A DNA stretch of 64,000 nucleotides from Clostridiales bacterium (lineage in GTDB: Bacteria > Bacillota > Clostridia > DUOD01), in the NCBI GenBank assembly GCA_012838995.1, contig DUOD01000063.1, positions 1,383 to 65,382 on the forward strand, given 5' to 3'. The translations under genes were made by a program, and so were the position numbers. Within the stretch, counting starts at the first letter, position 1; every line of letters begins with the position of its first letter. The notes beneath the pieces are model-generated. The model was not told where the DNA came from. It worked only from the letters and a program-made list of their open reading frames with translations, and did not search any database. Of the stretch, positions 21,697 to 32,728 are shown piece by piece.

Positions 21697-23322
21697 CTAC
21701 TCCTTCCTATTCTTATATATGCCCAGTTTTGTAAGGATTTTAGCCAGGATTCTACCACCGGGGATTATATCAAAATCATCCTGTTTTAATGCACCTATGA
21801 CCAACAGCATTATGAGGTATACTATTATACCTATAACAATTGAAGCTATCGTGCTTATACTGTTTCTGCCCGTTTTTTCGATTATCCAATTATAACTGTA
21901 TAATACCGATATTGCCATGGCAACCACCGAAACGATGGGTCTTACGACAAAGTCCATAACCTTAAACTCCATACGGGTATGCCTTTTGACGGTGGCAAAA
22001 TTTAAGCTGGCAGCAACACCGTAGCAGACAATGGTTCCTATGGCCGCTCCTCGTATATTCAGTACCGGTATGCCTACCAGGACAAAATTGGTTATGGATT
22101 TTGCCAAGGCTCCTATAAACATATTCCTAACGGGCAGTACTACCTTGCCAACTCCCTGTAAAATAGCGGTTACGGTTTGATTTAGGGTTAAAAATATCAA
22201 ACTGTAGGACACCAACGATAATACCCTCGCCACCGCAGATACTTCGTTTTCCGTCAGAGAACCGTAAAGGAGCTTTATTATCGGCGCTGCCAATATGGAC
22301 AGACCGACGGCCGAAGGTAAACCGAACAGTATTGCCAGCCGTATACCCGTTACGGATTTATGTTTTACCATACCGTAATCCTTTAGGGCTGCCGATTCCG
22401 AAATGGCGGGAACCAAACTGACGGCCAGGGCCAAAGTCACAACCTGGGGAAAGTTAATAAATACATTGGCATAACCCGTTAAATAACCATACATCTCCGT
22501 TGCCCTGTCAACAGCGTATCCCACGGAAACCAAGCGTCGGGGGATTATTACCAAATCCACCATGTTAACCAATGGGATGACCGATGCCCCCACGGTAATG
22601 GGTATGGCTATCTTTATCAGTTGGGATATTATGCTGCGGGAAGTGGGAATACGTTCAAGCTTTGGACTGGTTCTGATACCGTATTCTATTTCCGATTTAT
22701 GTTTGTTATATATATAAATAATAACTCCCAGGGCTATAACTTCGCTTAAGGTCACGCCGATAATGGCACCGGCCGCTCCGTATTCTACACCCTTGCCGAC
22801 CAGTGCATAGGCCAGTGATAACCCGATAACGAGTTTACCGATTTGTTCGGTAATCTGGGTAACCGCCGTGGGACCCATCATCTGCATCCCCTGGAAATAA
22901 CCCCTGTAGGCCGACATAACCGACACAAAAAAAAGTGAAGGTGCTATGCTTAACAACGGCAGTATTACCTTATCATTCTGAATGAATTTGGCGAATAACG
23001 GCGTCACCGCGGCCAATATTATGGTGGCTATTATTCCTAATATGGCCAACATTTTAAAGGATATCTGAAAGATTCTATGGGCTTCCCTGTTGTGACCCAA
23101 TGCAAGATTTTCCGCCACCATCTTCGCGATGGCAGTAGGCAGCCCGGCGGTAGAAATAGTAAGTAAGGCAATATATACCGGATAGGCCATTTGATAAAGG
23201 CCTATTCCCTCAGGTTGAATTATATTAGCCAGAGGTATCCTAAAAAAAGCGCCTATAAACTTGCCTACTACGCCTGCAACGCCTAGTATAAAGGCACCCC
23301 TAACAAAAGACTTTTTGCCCAT
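21697..23322 (-). CDS. spoVB: Stage V sporulation protein B / YabM-type MOP-superfamily flippase
   Basis: 541 aa, ~14 TM, MATE/Wzx-like polysaccharide-transporter architecture. Confidence 0.8.
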   Translation of the reverse strand: MGKKSFVRGAFILGVAGVVGKFIGAFFRIPLANIIQPEGIGLYQMAYPVYIALLTISTAGLPTAIAKMVAENLALGHNREAHRIFQISFKMLAILGIIATIILAAVTPLFAKFIQNDKVILPLLSIAPSLFFVSVMSAYRGYFQGMQMMGPTAVTQITEQIGKLVIGLSLAYALVGKGVEYGAAGAIIGVTLSEVIALGVIIYIYNKHKSEIEYGIRTSPKLERIPTSRSIISQLIKIAIPITVGASVIPLVNMVDLVIIPRRLVSVGYAVDRATEMYGYLTGYANVFINFPQVVTLALAVSLVPAISESAALKDYGMVKHKSVTGIRLAILFGLPSAVGLSILAAPIIKLLYGSLTENEVSAVARVLSLVSYSLIFLTLNQTVTAILQGVGKVVLPVRNMFIGALAKSITNFVLVGIPVLNIRGAAIGTIVCYGVAASLNFATVKRHTRMEFKVMDFVVRPIVSVVAMAISVLYSYNWIIEKTGRNSISTIASIVIGIIVYLIMLLVIGALKQDDFDIIPGGRILAKILTKLGIYKNRKE

Positions 23323-23472
23323 AGATCATTACCCTCTCGATATCAAAATATTTTTTATGGCCCATAATACACTATATTATACCAAACATTTAATTCAAGG
23401 AAAAGGCTGACATATGGCAATTTGAATATATTTCTCCTCTGTTTATACTTCCGATTATATTATAGAATTAAA

Positions 23473-23498
23473 AAGTGCTGTCAGGTACGACAGCACTT
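23473..23498 (-). terminator. Terminator hairpin (10-bp stem aagtgctgtc/gacagcactt) immediately downstream of spoVT
   Basis: Read from the sequence. Confidence 0.6.
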
Positions 23499-23502
23499 TG
23501 AA

Positions 23503-24066
23503 TTACTGTTCCATTTGTTTGCCTAGGAAACCTGCAGCCGTTTCGGCAATCTTTACTTCCAGACCGCCCATTTTAACATCAGGATCCTTTGATAATAATA
23601 TCACCGCACCTATAGGATCACCCTCGGCTATTATGGGCGCAATAACTTCCGAAGTATACTTATCAGAATCTGCCTCATCGGCGGAAATTAAGTAACACCT
23701 TCCACCTTCGCTTTTGTTTGCTATTACCGTTTTCTTTTCCTTTATAATCTTTTCTAAATCAGGACTTATAGACTTGTCCAAAAACTCCTTTTTAGGGGCT
23801 CCTGAAACCGCAATTATGTTATCCTTATCGGCAACACAACAAATATGGCCTATTGATTGATGTAATGATTCTGTATATTCCTTCGCAAAGTCGCCTAGTT
23901 CACCAATGGGTGAATATTTTTTTAATATTACTTCGCCTTCCCTGTCGGTAAATATTTCAAGGGGATCCCCCTCCCGTATCCTAAGGGTCCTCCGAATTTC
24001 CTTGGGAATAACCACTCTTCCCAGGTCATCAATTCTTCTTACTATCCCCGTGGCTTTCACACACAT
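23503..24066 (-). CDS. spoVT: Stage V sporulation protein T (AbrB/SpoVT family regulator with GAF domain); true start may be GTG at 24060
   Basis: N-terminus KATGIVRRIDDLGRVVIPKEIRRTLRIREGDPLEIF is near-identical to SpoVT. Confidence 0.92.
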   Translation of the reverse strand: MCVKATGIVRRIDDLGRVVIPKEIRRTLRIREGDPLEIFTDREGEVILKKYSPIGELGDFAKEYTESLHQSIGHICCVADKDNIIAVSGAPKKEFLDKSISPDLEKIIKEKKTVIANKSEGGRCYLISADEADSDKYTSEVIAPIIAEGDPIGAVILLSKDPDVKMGGLEVKIAETAAGFLGKQMEQ

Positions 24067-24110
24067 CCCTCCTTGTTTTTATTTCTTTAAAATACCAACC
24101 TTCGCTATTA

Positions 24111-24141
24111 TAGTATCCTACTCTTCCAAAACTTTTATTCA
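24111..24141 (-). promoter_or_regulatory. Forespore sigma-G/sigma-F-type promoter upstream of spoVT (TGAATA -35, 18-nt spacer, GATACTA -10)
   Basis: Hexamers match the published sigma-G consensus TGAATA-N18-CATACTA with one mismatch. Confidence 0.45.
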
Positions 24142-24197
24142 TGTTATATATTTTTTCTATAATTACAAATTTATACAAAGGAGGGTGTGAAAATTGG

Positions 24198-25238
24198 TCA
24201 TATGTTTTTTTCAAATTTCTTAATATCGGCCGCCTTTCTCCATGCGTCCATTTGCTCTTCCCATTTCTCGTTCTGCTTATCAAGTAATAAGCTTTCGCTT
24301 ATCTTTTCCTTTACTTCTTCAAAGGGAGCAATCCTTTCGGGGGTCTTTTCTTCAAGTTTTATTATGTGGTACCCGAAATCGGTTTTGACTAAATCACTGA
24401 TTTCGCCTACCTTTAAGGCAAAGGCGGCATCCTTAAAGGCCTGAATAAAATTGCCGTCTTCATCAAAGGGTTCCAGCTCTCCCCCCAGTTCCCTGGACCC
24501 GGGATCGTCGGAATACTCCTTGGCCAGTTGGGCAAAATCCTCCCCGACCTTTGCCTTAGCCAATACTTCTTCGGCCCTGGGTTTAATCTTTTCGTATTCC
24601 GCTTTCTTTTCCTCTTCGGGGAGGTCGTACATTTGTTCATCAATGCCTATCAATATGTGTCTAACCTTTACCCTTTCCTTTTCTTTAAACAAAGTATCTT
24701 TGTTCTTTTCATAATAATCCTTGATCTCTTGGTCGGTAACCTTTACGTCCTTTGTATACTTTTCCACCATTTTTTCGATTAACAAAGCTTCCAGGACATA
24801 TTTTTCATACTCCTCTTCGGTTAGGTTTTGGGTTTCCAACATTTCTTTAAAGGCATCCTCGCCGAGGTATTCCTTGTCATTCTCTATTAATTCCTTGGAC
24901 TTTTGCTTGTCCTCTTCATCAGCAACAATGTTTTCCTTTTCTAACTGCTGCTTTAATATCCTGTAATCAATCAGGCTGTCCAGTACGCTTTCCTTTAATC
25001 CTTCCAGGAAAGACTTTATTTCTTCGTCCTTTTCATTTTCTTCGGTTATCCCATAGCTCTGTTTTATCATTTCCAGATTATCAAGAAATTCACCCTTCAA
25101 AATTTCCTCTCCGTTTACCGTCGCCACCACCAGTTGCCTGTCGACTTCGGGGTTTACCTTTACCAAACCGCATCCAGCTATGCTTAACGATATTATTAAT
25201 ATGCCAAACACAAATAATATGCCTTTTCTCAATGCCAT
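24198..25238 (-). CDS. prsA: PrsA/SurA-like parvulin peptidyl-prolyl isomerase lipoprotein (start ambiguous: ATG 25238 or TTG 25232)
   Basis: Lipobox LSIAGC; parvulin domain (VRHILI, FGYHIIK); Glu/Lys-rich chaperone domain. Confidence 0.8.
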   Translation of the reverse strand: MALRKGILFVFGILIISLSIAGCGLVKVNPEVDRQLVVATVNGEEILKGEFLDNLEMIKQSYGITEENEKDEEIKSFLEGLKESVLDSLIDYRILKQQLEKENIVADEEDKQKSKELIENDKEYLGEDAFKEMLETQNLTEEEYEKYVLEALLIEKMVEKYTKDVKVTDQEIKDYYEKNKDTLFKEKERVKVRHILIGIDEQMYDLPEEEKKAEYEKIKPRAEEVLAKAKVGEDFAQLAKEYSDDPGSRELGGELEPFDEDGNFIQAFKDAAFALKVGEISDLVKTDFGYHIIKLEEKTPERIAPFEEVKEKISESLLLDKQNEKWEEQMDAWRKAADIKKFEKNI

Positions 25239-25301
25239 CCTCTCCTTAAACATTACTAATTGTACAACAAATTTGTTAAATATATTCATTATATATAAAA
25301 A

Positions 25302-28300
25302 CTAATGCCCGTGCAAATCAGCAATTTCCTTTAAAAATTGCTGCAATTCACCCAAAGAGGCCGTTGTTTCCTTCGTATCGGGTTTGAAAATAAAAAAAGG
25401 CGGTTTGGTTGCGGAAAAAGTTACCCGGTTTCCGTATTTTTCCATAATTTTGCTTATCCATAACGGCTTTATTTCATCATTGTGGCCCAGCTTTAGTTGG
25501 TATATCCCATTCTTTTGAATGATCTCAACTATACGGGCTTGCCTGGCCAATGCTTTCAAATATGAAATATTTATCAAATTGGACGCAAAAACGGGTATGT
25601 CTCCAAACCTGTCCTCCAGTTCCTCCTCTACGTCATATTTATCCTGCAGTGCGTTTATGGAGGCTATCTTTTTGTACATTTCCAGTCTCTGCCCGTCATC
25701 CTCTATATAATCCCTTGGGATATAGGCACTGATATCTATATTAACGGTACATTCTCGTTGTTCCTGGGGCATATCGCCCTTTAATTCCCCGATTGTCTGC
25801 TCAAGGAGTTTACAATACAGGTCATACCCTACGGTGGCCATATGACCGTGCTGCTCGGGTCCCAACAGGTTTCCCGCTCCCCTTATTTCCAGGTCCTTCA
25901 TGGCTATCTTGAACCCTGAACCGAATTCCGTAAATTCCTTTATTGCATGCAGCCTTTTTTCCGCCACTTCGGATAGTATTTTATCCTTCCGGTATGTCAA
26001 ATAGGCATAGGCCAGCCGATTAGACCTGCCCACCCTGCCCCTTAACTGATAAAGCTGCGCCAACCCAAATCTGTCACTGTCATACACGATTATGGTGTTT
26101 ACATTTGGTATATCAAGGCCCGACTCTATTATGGTAGAGCATACCAGCACATCATACCTGTGTTCCATAAAGTCAATCATTACATCCTCCAGCATGGTTT
26201 CATTCATCTGGCCGTGGGCAACGGCCACCCTGGCCTCGGGCACCAGACGGGCCACCTTGGCAGCAAACTTTTCAATGCTCTGCACCCTGTTGTATACAAA
26301 ATATACCTGACCGTCTCTGCCCATCTCCCTTAAGATTGCATCCCTTATTAACCCTTCGTTATATTCCACCACATATGTCTGTACCGGATATCTTTCATCG
26401 GGAGGGGTCTCCAGTATGCTCATATCCCTGATACCCACCATGGACATATGGAGAGTCCGGGGAATGGGCGTGGCGGTTAATGTTAAAACATCAACGTTTG
26501 TTCTTAAGTTTTTTATTCTTTCTTTATGGGCAACACCGAACCTTTGCTCTTCATCCACAATCAAAAGGCCCAGATCTTTAAAGCCGACATCCGCCTGTAA
26601 CAGCCTATGGGTACCTATAATGATATCGATAAGGCCGTTTTCCAAATTCCTCAGAATGGTCTTTTGTTCCTTGGGCGTTTTAAACCTGCTGAGTACTTCC
26701 ACCTTCACCGGAAAATCGTTCAACCTGTTTGTCAGAGTATTATAATGCTGCTGCGCCAGAATAGTTGTGGGCACGAGAAAAGCTACCTGTTTACCGTCCA
26801 TGACGGCTTTGAAGGCGGCCCTTATGGCCACTTCCGTCTTGCCGTATCCCACATCACCGCACAGTAGTCTGTCCATGGGCTTGTCAGTCTCCATGTCAAG
26901 CTTTACTTCCTCGATGGCCTGCAGTTGGTCGGGCGTTTCCTCATAGGGAAACAGTTCCTCAAACTGGCGCTGCCATATGGTATCCTTTTTGAACCTATGG
27001 CCCTTTACCGTCTGTCGGGTAGCGTATAATTTCAATAAATCCTCCGCCATCTCCCTTATGGATTGCTTTACCCTGGACTTTAACCTGTTCCACTCGCCGC
27101 CTCCCATCTTGGACAACCTGGGCGCCTTACCTTCAATACCTATATACTTTTGTATATAGTCCATCTGATCTGCCGGAACGTAAAGGCTGTCTCCGCCCGA
27201 GTACTTAATGTGTAGGTAATCCCGGACCTGCCCTTCCACCTCCAGCTTTACCAATCCCGATAGAAGACCGATACCGTGATATTCATGGACTACATAGTCA
27301 CCTGGTTTAAGATCGGTAAAGACGTCTATTTTATCGACAGACCTTTGTTTTTTTATCCTAGTCCGCCTTTTCTTTATAGCGAAAATCTCGTTATCGCTTA
27401 TGACTGCAAAACCGTAATCAGGGTATTCAAAACCTTTGCTTATGCTGCCGGGATAGGCCACTATCTGCCCAGGCAATATATCCATTTCATCATCTTCGGT
27501 AAACAGACATTCAACATCCACGTCTTGTAGGGATTTCACCAAATTAAGTCCCCTGGCTTTTGTACCGGTAAGCAGCAGCACCCTATATTTTTTGGCCTTC
27601 CACATTTTCAAGTCCTCGGCCAATAGCTCTACCTGGCCATGAAAGGAATGCATGGTCCGGGTGACAAAACTCACCTGTCTGTTAACCCTAAAATCCTTGG
27701 AAGTACGAGGAAGGGTATTAAGTACCACTTTGACACAAGGGTTTTGAGATATGCTTTCCACCAGATCGCGGTAGTTCATCATCAAATTATATTGTTGTTT
27801 TAGAACCTCCCCCTGAATTAAAAGGGTTTTAAAATTTTCATCAAACTCCAGATGGACGTTTTCCGCCCGTTGTCTAACCCTTTCAGGCTCGTCTATAAAT
27901 ATGACACCGTCGTCACCTAAATAGTCGAAAAATGTATGCCTTTCATGGTAAAAGACGGGGAGCAGCTCCTCCACCCCTTCGAAGTAAAAAATGTTTTGCC
28001 GTGCATCCAGCACCGGCTGTAATTTTTCCAACAGCCCGTCGGTATTGTAAGTACCCTGTCCGTTGACGGACTTTATATATTCCATAATCGGTCCTTCTAT
28101 TTGCCTTTTAGCCTTTTGAAAGACATCGTCGGATATGGTAACCTCCCTTGCCGGGAAAAGTACAAAGGATTTAAGCCTTTGAATTGATCTTTGGGAATTA
28201 ACGTCGAACTCTCTGATAGAATCCACTTCGTCATCAAACAATTCCATCCTTATAGGATTTTCCATGCCGGCACCGAATACATCGATAATCCCACCCCTGA

Positions 28301-28817
28301 CGCTGAACTGGCCCTTTCCTTCTATCATGTCCACCCTTTCATAGCCGCCCCTTACCAAGCCTTGGACAAACCCATCCATGTCCAGTTTATCCCCGTCGGT
28401 TATCCTCTTAATGCCTTCACTAAATTGGCGGGGCGAAACGGTAACCGTTAACAATGCCTCTACCGGAGCAACAATAACCTTTACTTGCCCCAAGCACAAA
28501 CTACCCAAAACACTGATCCTTTGTTCCGAAATATCGTTGCTATGGGCGGTTATGTTATAAAAAAGCAATTGTCTGTGGGGAAATAATAACACGTCATTTC
28601 CCAGGAAAAAAGACAGGTCTTCGTATATCTTCTTTGCCTGTACATCGTTGTATGTAATTATTACCATGGGTTTGTTCACCTGGGACTTTAACACGGAAAT
28701 CACGTGACACTTTTGGGACTCTGACAACCCTACCAAGGAAACGTTCCATGCTTTTTTCACGCTTTCGACTGCAGTCTTAATTTGGCGCGACCCCATCATG
28801 GGCTTCAAAGCAATCAA
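25302..28817 (-). CDS. mfd: Transcription-repair coupling factor Mfd
   Basis: 1171 aa; UvrB-homology N-terminus, RNAP-interacting and superfamily-2 helicase motifs (GDVGYGKTEVA, DEEQRFG). Confidence 0.97.
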   Translation of the reverse strand: MIALKPMMGSRQIKTAVESVKKAWNVSLVGLSESQKCHVISVLKSQVNKPMVIITYNDVQAKKIYEDLSFFLGNDVLLFPHRQLLFYNITAHSNDISEQRISVLGSLCLGQVKVIVAPVEALLTVTVSPRQFSEGIKRITDGDKLDMDGFVQGLVRGGYERVDMIEGKGQFSVRGGIIDVFGAGMENPIRMELFDDEVDSIREFDVNSQRSIQRLKSFVLFPAREVTISDDVFQKAKRQIEGPIMEYIKSVNGQGTYNTDGLLEKLQPVLDARQNIFYFEGVEELLPVFYHERHTFFDYLGDDGVIFIDEPERVRQRAENVHLEFDENFKTLLIQGEVLKQQYNLMMNYRDLVESISQNPCVKVVLNTLPRTSKDFRVNRQVSFVTRTMHSFHGQVELLAEDLKMWKAKKYRVLLLTGTKARGLNLVKSLQDVDVECLFTEDDEMDILPGQIVAYPGSISKGFEYPDYGFAVISDNEIFAIKKRRTRIKKQRSVDKIDVFTDLKPGDYVVHEYHGIGLLSGLVKLEVEGQVRDYLHIKYSGGDSLYVPADQMDYIQKYIGIEGKAPRLSKMGGGEWNRLKSRVKQSIREMAEDLLKLYATRQTVKGHRFKKDTIWQRQFEELFPYEETPDQLQAIEEVKLDMETDKPMDRLLCGDVGYGKTEVAIRAAFKAVMDGKQVAFLVPTTILAQQHYNTLTNRLNDFPVKVEVLSRFKTPKEQKTILRNLENGLIDIIIGTHRLLQADVGFKDLGLLIVDEEQRFGVAHKERIKNLRTNVDVLTLTATPIPRTLHMSMVGIRDMSILETPPDERYPVQTYVVEYNEGLIRDAILREMGRDGQVYFVYNRVQSIEKFAAKVARLVPEARVAVAHGQMNETMLEDVMIDFMEHRYDVLVCSTIIESGLDIPNVNTIIVYDSDRFGLAQLYQLRGRVGRSNRLAYAYLTYRKDKILSEVAEKRLHAIKEFTEFGSGFKIAMKDLEIRGAGNLLGPEQHGHMATVGYDLYCKLLEQTIGELKGDMPQEQRECTVNIDISAYIPRDYIEDDGQRLEMYKKIASINALQDKYDVEEELEDRFGDIPVFASNLINISYLKALARQARIVEIIQKNGIYQLKLGHNDEIKPLWISKIMEKYGNRVTFSATKPPFFIFKPDTKETTASLGELQQFLKEIADLHGH

Positions 28818-28863
28818 ATTTTGCGTTACCTCCTCTTTTTCGGTCGCTCTTTTAAAGTGGGAA

Positions 28864-29253
28864 TTATATTCTTCTAAACATTCTCCAATTCCATAATATA
28901 TGGCACAAAATAGCCGCCATCAAGCCCGGGTACCAACTTTTAGACAGCACAAAACCAAGCGTTGTAACAACGCCGAATATAGAATGGCTTACAACGCTTA
29001 TAAAACATGCCGTGAAATTTATTTTTTCATTCGAGTTAAAATAATCATATATTCCTTCTATAATGCCAAAGGATATATGAGTTAATAATACAATGCCACC
29101 CAGTGCGAGGGTTATAAAGGTTTTAAACCCTTCTTCTATAAAGGGCACAATATAAACTATGGCTTTATTGCCGGCGGCTTTTATGGCGGCTTTATTAAAA
29201 AAATAGGATAATACCGCCGCCATTACTACAGATATAATACTGCCCATGCCCAA
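28864..29253 (-). CDS. Hypothetical small polytopic membrane protein (129 aa)
   Basis: Four predicted TMs; sits where fin/yabK is in Bacillus but is unrelated. Confidence 0.5.
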   Translation of the reverse strand: MGMGSIISVVMAAVLSYFFNKAAIKAAGNKAIVYIVPFIEEGFKTFITLALGGIVLLTHISFGIIEGIYDYFNSNEKINFTACFISVVSHSIFGVVTTLGFVLSKSWYPGLMAAILCHILWNWRMFRRI

Positions 29254-29266
29254 TTATTCCTAAATC

Positions 29267-29824
29267 TTAGTTATACTTATTCATGGCGTTGACAATTCCC
29301 TCACAAACAATACATTCCGCCGCACGGGCCGCCCTTTCAATGGTTTGCTTAATTAACGTCATATCCTCTTCGTCGAAGTCGGATGTTACATATTGGGCAA
29401 GATCGGTTCCGTCTTCCGGCTTGCCAATGCCTATTCTTATCCTCGGAAAATCTTCGCTGCCTATATGGTATATGACAGACCTCATCCCATTATGGGTCCC
29501 GGCACCGCCCTTGGCCCTTATGCGAATATCTCCAACCTCCAAGTCTATATCATCATATATTAAGATAAGATGACCTGGCTCCAGCTTGTAGCATCTAAGT
29601 ATGTCCACAACGCTAAGGCCACTTAAGTTCATGAAAGTCTGGGGTTTGGCCAGCATTACCCGTTGGCTTCCAATCCTTCCTTCACCCATCAATGCCTTGT
29701 GACTGATTTTGTTTACACAAATATTATTTCTTTCCGCCAGGATATCTATTACATGAAAGCCTACGTTATGCCTGTTATTCTCATATTCCCGTCCGGGATT
29801 ACCGAGACCGATTATAACAAACAT
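29267..29824 (-). CDS. pth: Peptidyl-tRNA hydrolase (start at MFVIIGLGNPG)
   Basis: GLGNPG and HNG motifs. Confidence 0.92.
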   Translation of the reverse strand: MFVIIGLGNPGREYENNRHNVGFHVIDILAERNNICVNKISHKALMGEGRIGSQRVMLAKPQTFMNLSGLSVVDILRCYKLEPGHLILIYDDIDLEVGDIRIRAKGGAGTHNGMRSVIYHIGSEDFPRIRIGIGKPEDGTDLAQYVTSDFDEEDMTLIKQTIERAARAAECIVCEGIVNAMNKYN

Positions 29825-29834
29825 GGCTGATCCC

Positions 29835-30788
29835 CTATTCAAACAGAATGCTAACGGGTAAATCCTCGTAAATTCTGTCTATGGCTTCAGCAAATATGGG
29901 CGCCACCGACAATACCTTTATTTTTTCGCTCTTTTTTTCTTCGGGTAGGGGTATGGTATTGGTAATTATTACTTCCTTTAAGGGTGACTCTTCTATATTC
30001 TTTATGGCACGACCCGACAGCACACCGTGGGTGCAACAGGCGTATACCTCTTTGGCTCCCCGTTCCATGATGGCCGTTGCGCCCTGTACCAATGTACCGG
30101 CGGTGTCTATAAGGTCGTCTATCAGTATACACCTTTTATCCTTTACGTCTCCTATAATATTCATTACCTCCGCCACATTGGCCTTGGGCCTGCGTTTATC
30201 CACTATGGCCAAGGGTGCATTGAGTTTGTTGGCAAAATTCCTCGATCTTGTTACGCTACCTAGATCGGGGGCCACCACCACCAAATCATCGCCTTCAAAA
30301 TTGTTGTTTATAAAATAACTGGCCAGAATAGGTCCCCCAACCAGATGATCCACCGGCACGTTAAAAAAACCTTGGATCTGGGAAGCGTGAAGGTCCATAG
30401 TCAATGCCCTGTCGGCACCTGCAGTGGTAATCAGATCCGCAACGAGCTTTGCGGTGATCGGGTCCCTGGCCTTGGCCTTTCTGTCCTGTCTTGCATATCC
30501 ATAATAGGGTATTACCGCCGTTATTCTCCCGGCAGAAGCCCTTTTAAAGGCGTCTATCATGATTAATAATTCCATAAGATTATCGTTTACCGGGGCACAG
30601 GTAGATTGTATGACAAACACATCGGCGCCCCTGACCGTTTCTCCTATGTTTACGGAAATTTCTCCGTCACTAAAGGTTTTCACAGAGGCTTCGCCCAATG
30701 GAACACCAATATGTTCAGCTATTTCTTTAGCTAATTGAATGTTTGAATTGCCTGAAAATATTTTAATATTACTGCCATGTGTTATCAT
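29835..30788 (-). CDS. prs: Ribose-phosphate pyrophosphokinase
   Basis: PRPP synthetase motifs ([26 protein letters not shown]). Confidence 0.95.
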   Translation of the reverse strand: MITHGSNIKIFSGNSNIQLAKEIAEHIGVPLGEASVKTFSDGEISVNIGETVRGADVFVIQSTCAPVNDNLMELLIMIDAFKRASAGRITAVIPYYGYARQDRKAKARDPITAKLVADLITTAGADRALTMDLHASQIQGFFNVPVDHLVGGPILASYFINNNFEGDDLVVVAPDLGSVTRSRNFANKLNAPLAIVDKRRPKANVAEVMNIIGDVKDKRCILIDDLIDTAGTLVQGATAIMERGAKEVYACCTHGVLSGRAIKNIEESPLKEVIITNTIPLPEEKKSEKIKVLSVAPIFAEAIDRIYEDLPVSILFE

Positions 30789-30810
30789 TTGTAGACCTCC
30801 TGATCTTCTT

Positions 30811-32184
30811 TTATTTGTTTTTCATTTTTTTCTTTACCCATTCAGGCTTTATGCTTTGCCTGGAGCGGGCTATTGCCAGAGAATACTCGGGTACATCATG
30901 GGTAATGGTAGAACCTGCGGCGATATAGGCACCTTCTTTAATCTCCACCGGAGCAATTAGGTTTACATTACAACCTATAAAGGCTTTATCCCGAACGGTG
31001 GTCTTGTGTTTTGCCTTGCCGTCATAATTCACCACCACCACACCGCATCCCACATTTACACCGCTCCCTATTTCGGCATCTCCAATATAGGATAAATGGG
31101 ATACCTTGGATCCGTTACCTATAGAGGAATTCTTCACCTCAACAAAATCGCCTATCCTAACCCCTTGACCGATACGGCTGTTAGGCCTTAAATAGGCAAA
31201 GGGTCCCACCGTGGTATCATCTTCCACCTTGCTCTCCAAAATTACCGAAGCCTGTATCTTTACATTATTGCCTATATGGCTGTCCGCTATCCTGGAATTA
31301 GGGTAAATAATACAACCCTGTCCTATGGTGGTTTGGCCTTGGATGGTATTGCCCGGATAAACAATGGTATCCCTACCTATTGCTACGGTACTGTCTATAT
31401 ATGTATTGCAAGGATCTATTATGGTTACCCCTTGCAGCATCAACCCCACCATTATCCTTTCCCTAAGAACTTCAGCGGCCCGGGCCAACTGCACCCTGTC
31501 ATTAACACCCATAATTTCGGTAGCATCACCTGTTTTATAGGCCTTGACCTTCAAACCCTTTTCCCTTAATATTTTGATAATATCGGTAAGATAATACTCG
31601 CCCTGGACATTATTACTGCTGATTTTATCCAGTCCGTCCAACAAATCCCTTATGTTAAAGCAATAAATACCCGAATTGATTTCCTTTATTGCTTTTTGAC
31701 GTTGATCGGCATCCTTGTCTTCGATTATTTCCCGGAGTTGTCCATCATCATCCCTTACAATCCTTCCATAACCGCCGGGATCATCTATTTCCGCCGTTAA
31801 CACCACTGCGCTATAGCCATTATCCATACACTCCCCTGCCATTTGCCTTAGGGTATCGGCTGTAATTAAGGGTATGTCACCGGCCAGTATTATAACATAA
31901 CCGTCCGTCCGGCTCAGGTGTTCCCTAGCGCATTTCACGGCATGGGCCGTTCCTAATTGCCGTTGTTGATATGCATAAACGACTTGTTGGCCCAACCTTT
32001 CTTTCACCATTTCCGCCTTGTGCCCAACAACAACTACGGGTTTTTCATCGGTAATATCCTTAAGGGCGTCAAGGATATACTGAACCATTGTTTTTCCCCA
32101 TATTTCATGGAGCACCTTGGGTATGCCCGACCTCATCCTTTTGCCTTCTCCGGCCGCCAGTACCAATGCCGTTAGCCTACTCAA
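30811..32184 (-). CDS. glmU: Bifunctional N-acetylglucosamine-1-phosphate uridyltransferase / glucosamine-1-phosphate acetyltransferase
   Basis: LAAGEGKRM nucleotidyltransferase motif plus C-terminal left-handed beta-helix hexapeptide repeats. Confidence 0.95.
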   Translation of the reverse strand: MSRLTALVLAAGEGKRMRSGIPKVLHEIWGKTMVQYILDALKDITDEKPVVVVGHKAEMVKERLGQQVVYAYQQRQLGTAHAVKCAREHLSRTDGYVIILAGDIPLITADTLRQMAGECMDNGYSAVVLTAEIDDPGGYGRIVRDDDGQLREIIEDKDADQRQKAIKEINSGIYCFNIRDLLDGLDKISSNNVQGEYYLTDIIKILREKGLKVKAYKTGDATEIMGVNDRVQLARAAEVLRERIMVGLMLQGVTIIDPCNTYIDSTVAIGRDTIVYPGNTIQGQTTIGQGCIIYPNSRIADSHIGNNVKIQASVILESKVEDDTTVGPFAYLRPNSRIGQGVRIGDFVEVKNSSIGNGSKVSHLSYIGDAEIGSGVNVGCGVVVVNYDGKAKHKTTVRDKAFIGCNVNLIAPVEIKEGAYIAAGSTITHDVPEYSLAIARSRQSIKPEWVKKKMKNK

Positions 32185-32352
32185 ATGTAATCCTCCTATC
32201 TAAATCATATAGATTTTAAAAAGTATCGTATTCCACTTAAACAAGCTGCAATTCAAATAATATTATACAATATAATATGGAATTTGGTCAGTTATTGTTA
32301 AAATTATTGCTAAAAATTAAAGGGGAAACGGGCGTTCCGTCTCCCCTTTAAT

Positions 32353-32616
32353 CTATTCCATCTCGTTAATGGCCTCGTATTTCTCTAGTACAGCCGTCTG
32401 GATCATCTCTCTGGTTTGGGCATTTATTGGGTGGGCAATATCCTTATATTCCCCATCCGGCGTTTTCCTACTGGGCATTGCTATGAACATTCCGTTTTGT
32501 CCTTCTATAATCTTAATATCGTGCACCACAAATTCTTCATCAAAGGTTACAGAAACTATTGCTTTCATCTTACCTTCCGAATTTATTCTTCTAATTCTAA
32601 CATCGGTAATTTTCAC
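32353..32616 (-). CDS. spoVG: Septation/sporulation protein SpoVG
   Basis: [64 protein letters not shown], canonical. Confidence 0.95.
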   Translation of the reverse strand: MKITDVRIRRINSEGKMKAIVSVTFDEEFVVHDIKIIEGQNGMFIAMPSRKTPDGEYKDIAHPINAQTREMIQTAVLEKYEAINEME

Positions 32617-32654
32617 TTTTGTTCACCACCTTCCAGTTAGTCAAATATTGTCAG

Positions 32655-32690
32655 TTAATAATTCGGCATTTATTTAAATACTCCTGCTTA
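32655..32690 (-). promoter_or_regulatory. Sigma-H-type promoter upstream of spoVG (AGGAGTATT -35 ... GAATTATT -10, same spacing as B. subtilis spoVG P1)
   Basis: Motifs read on the minus strand; the AGGA to GAAT distance is 17 nt, as in B. subtilis. Confidence 0.45.
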
Positions 32691-32728
32691 AAATCGAAAT
32701 TTTTTCAGGTTTTTTAATGATTTAACCG

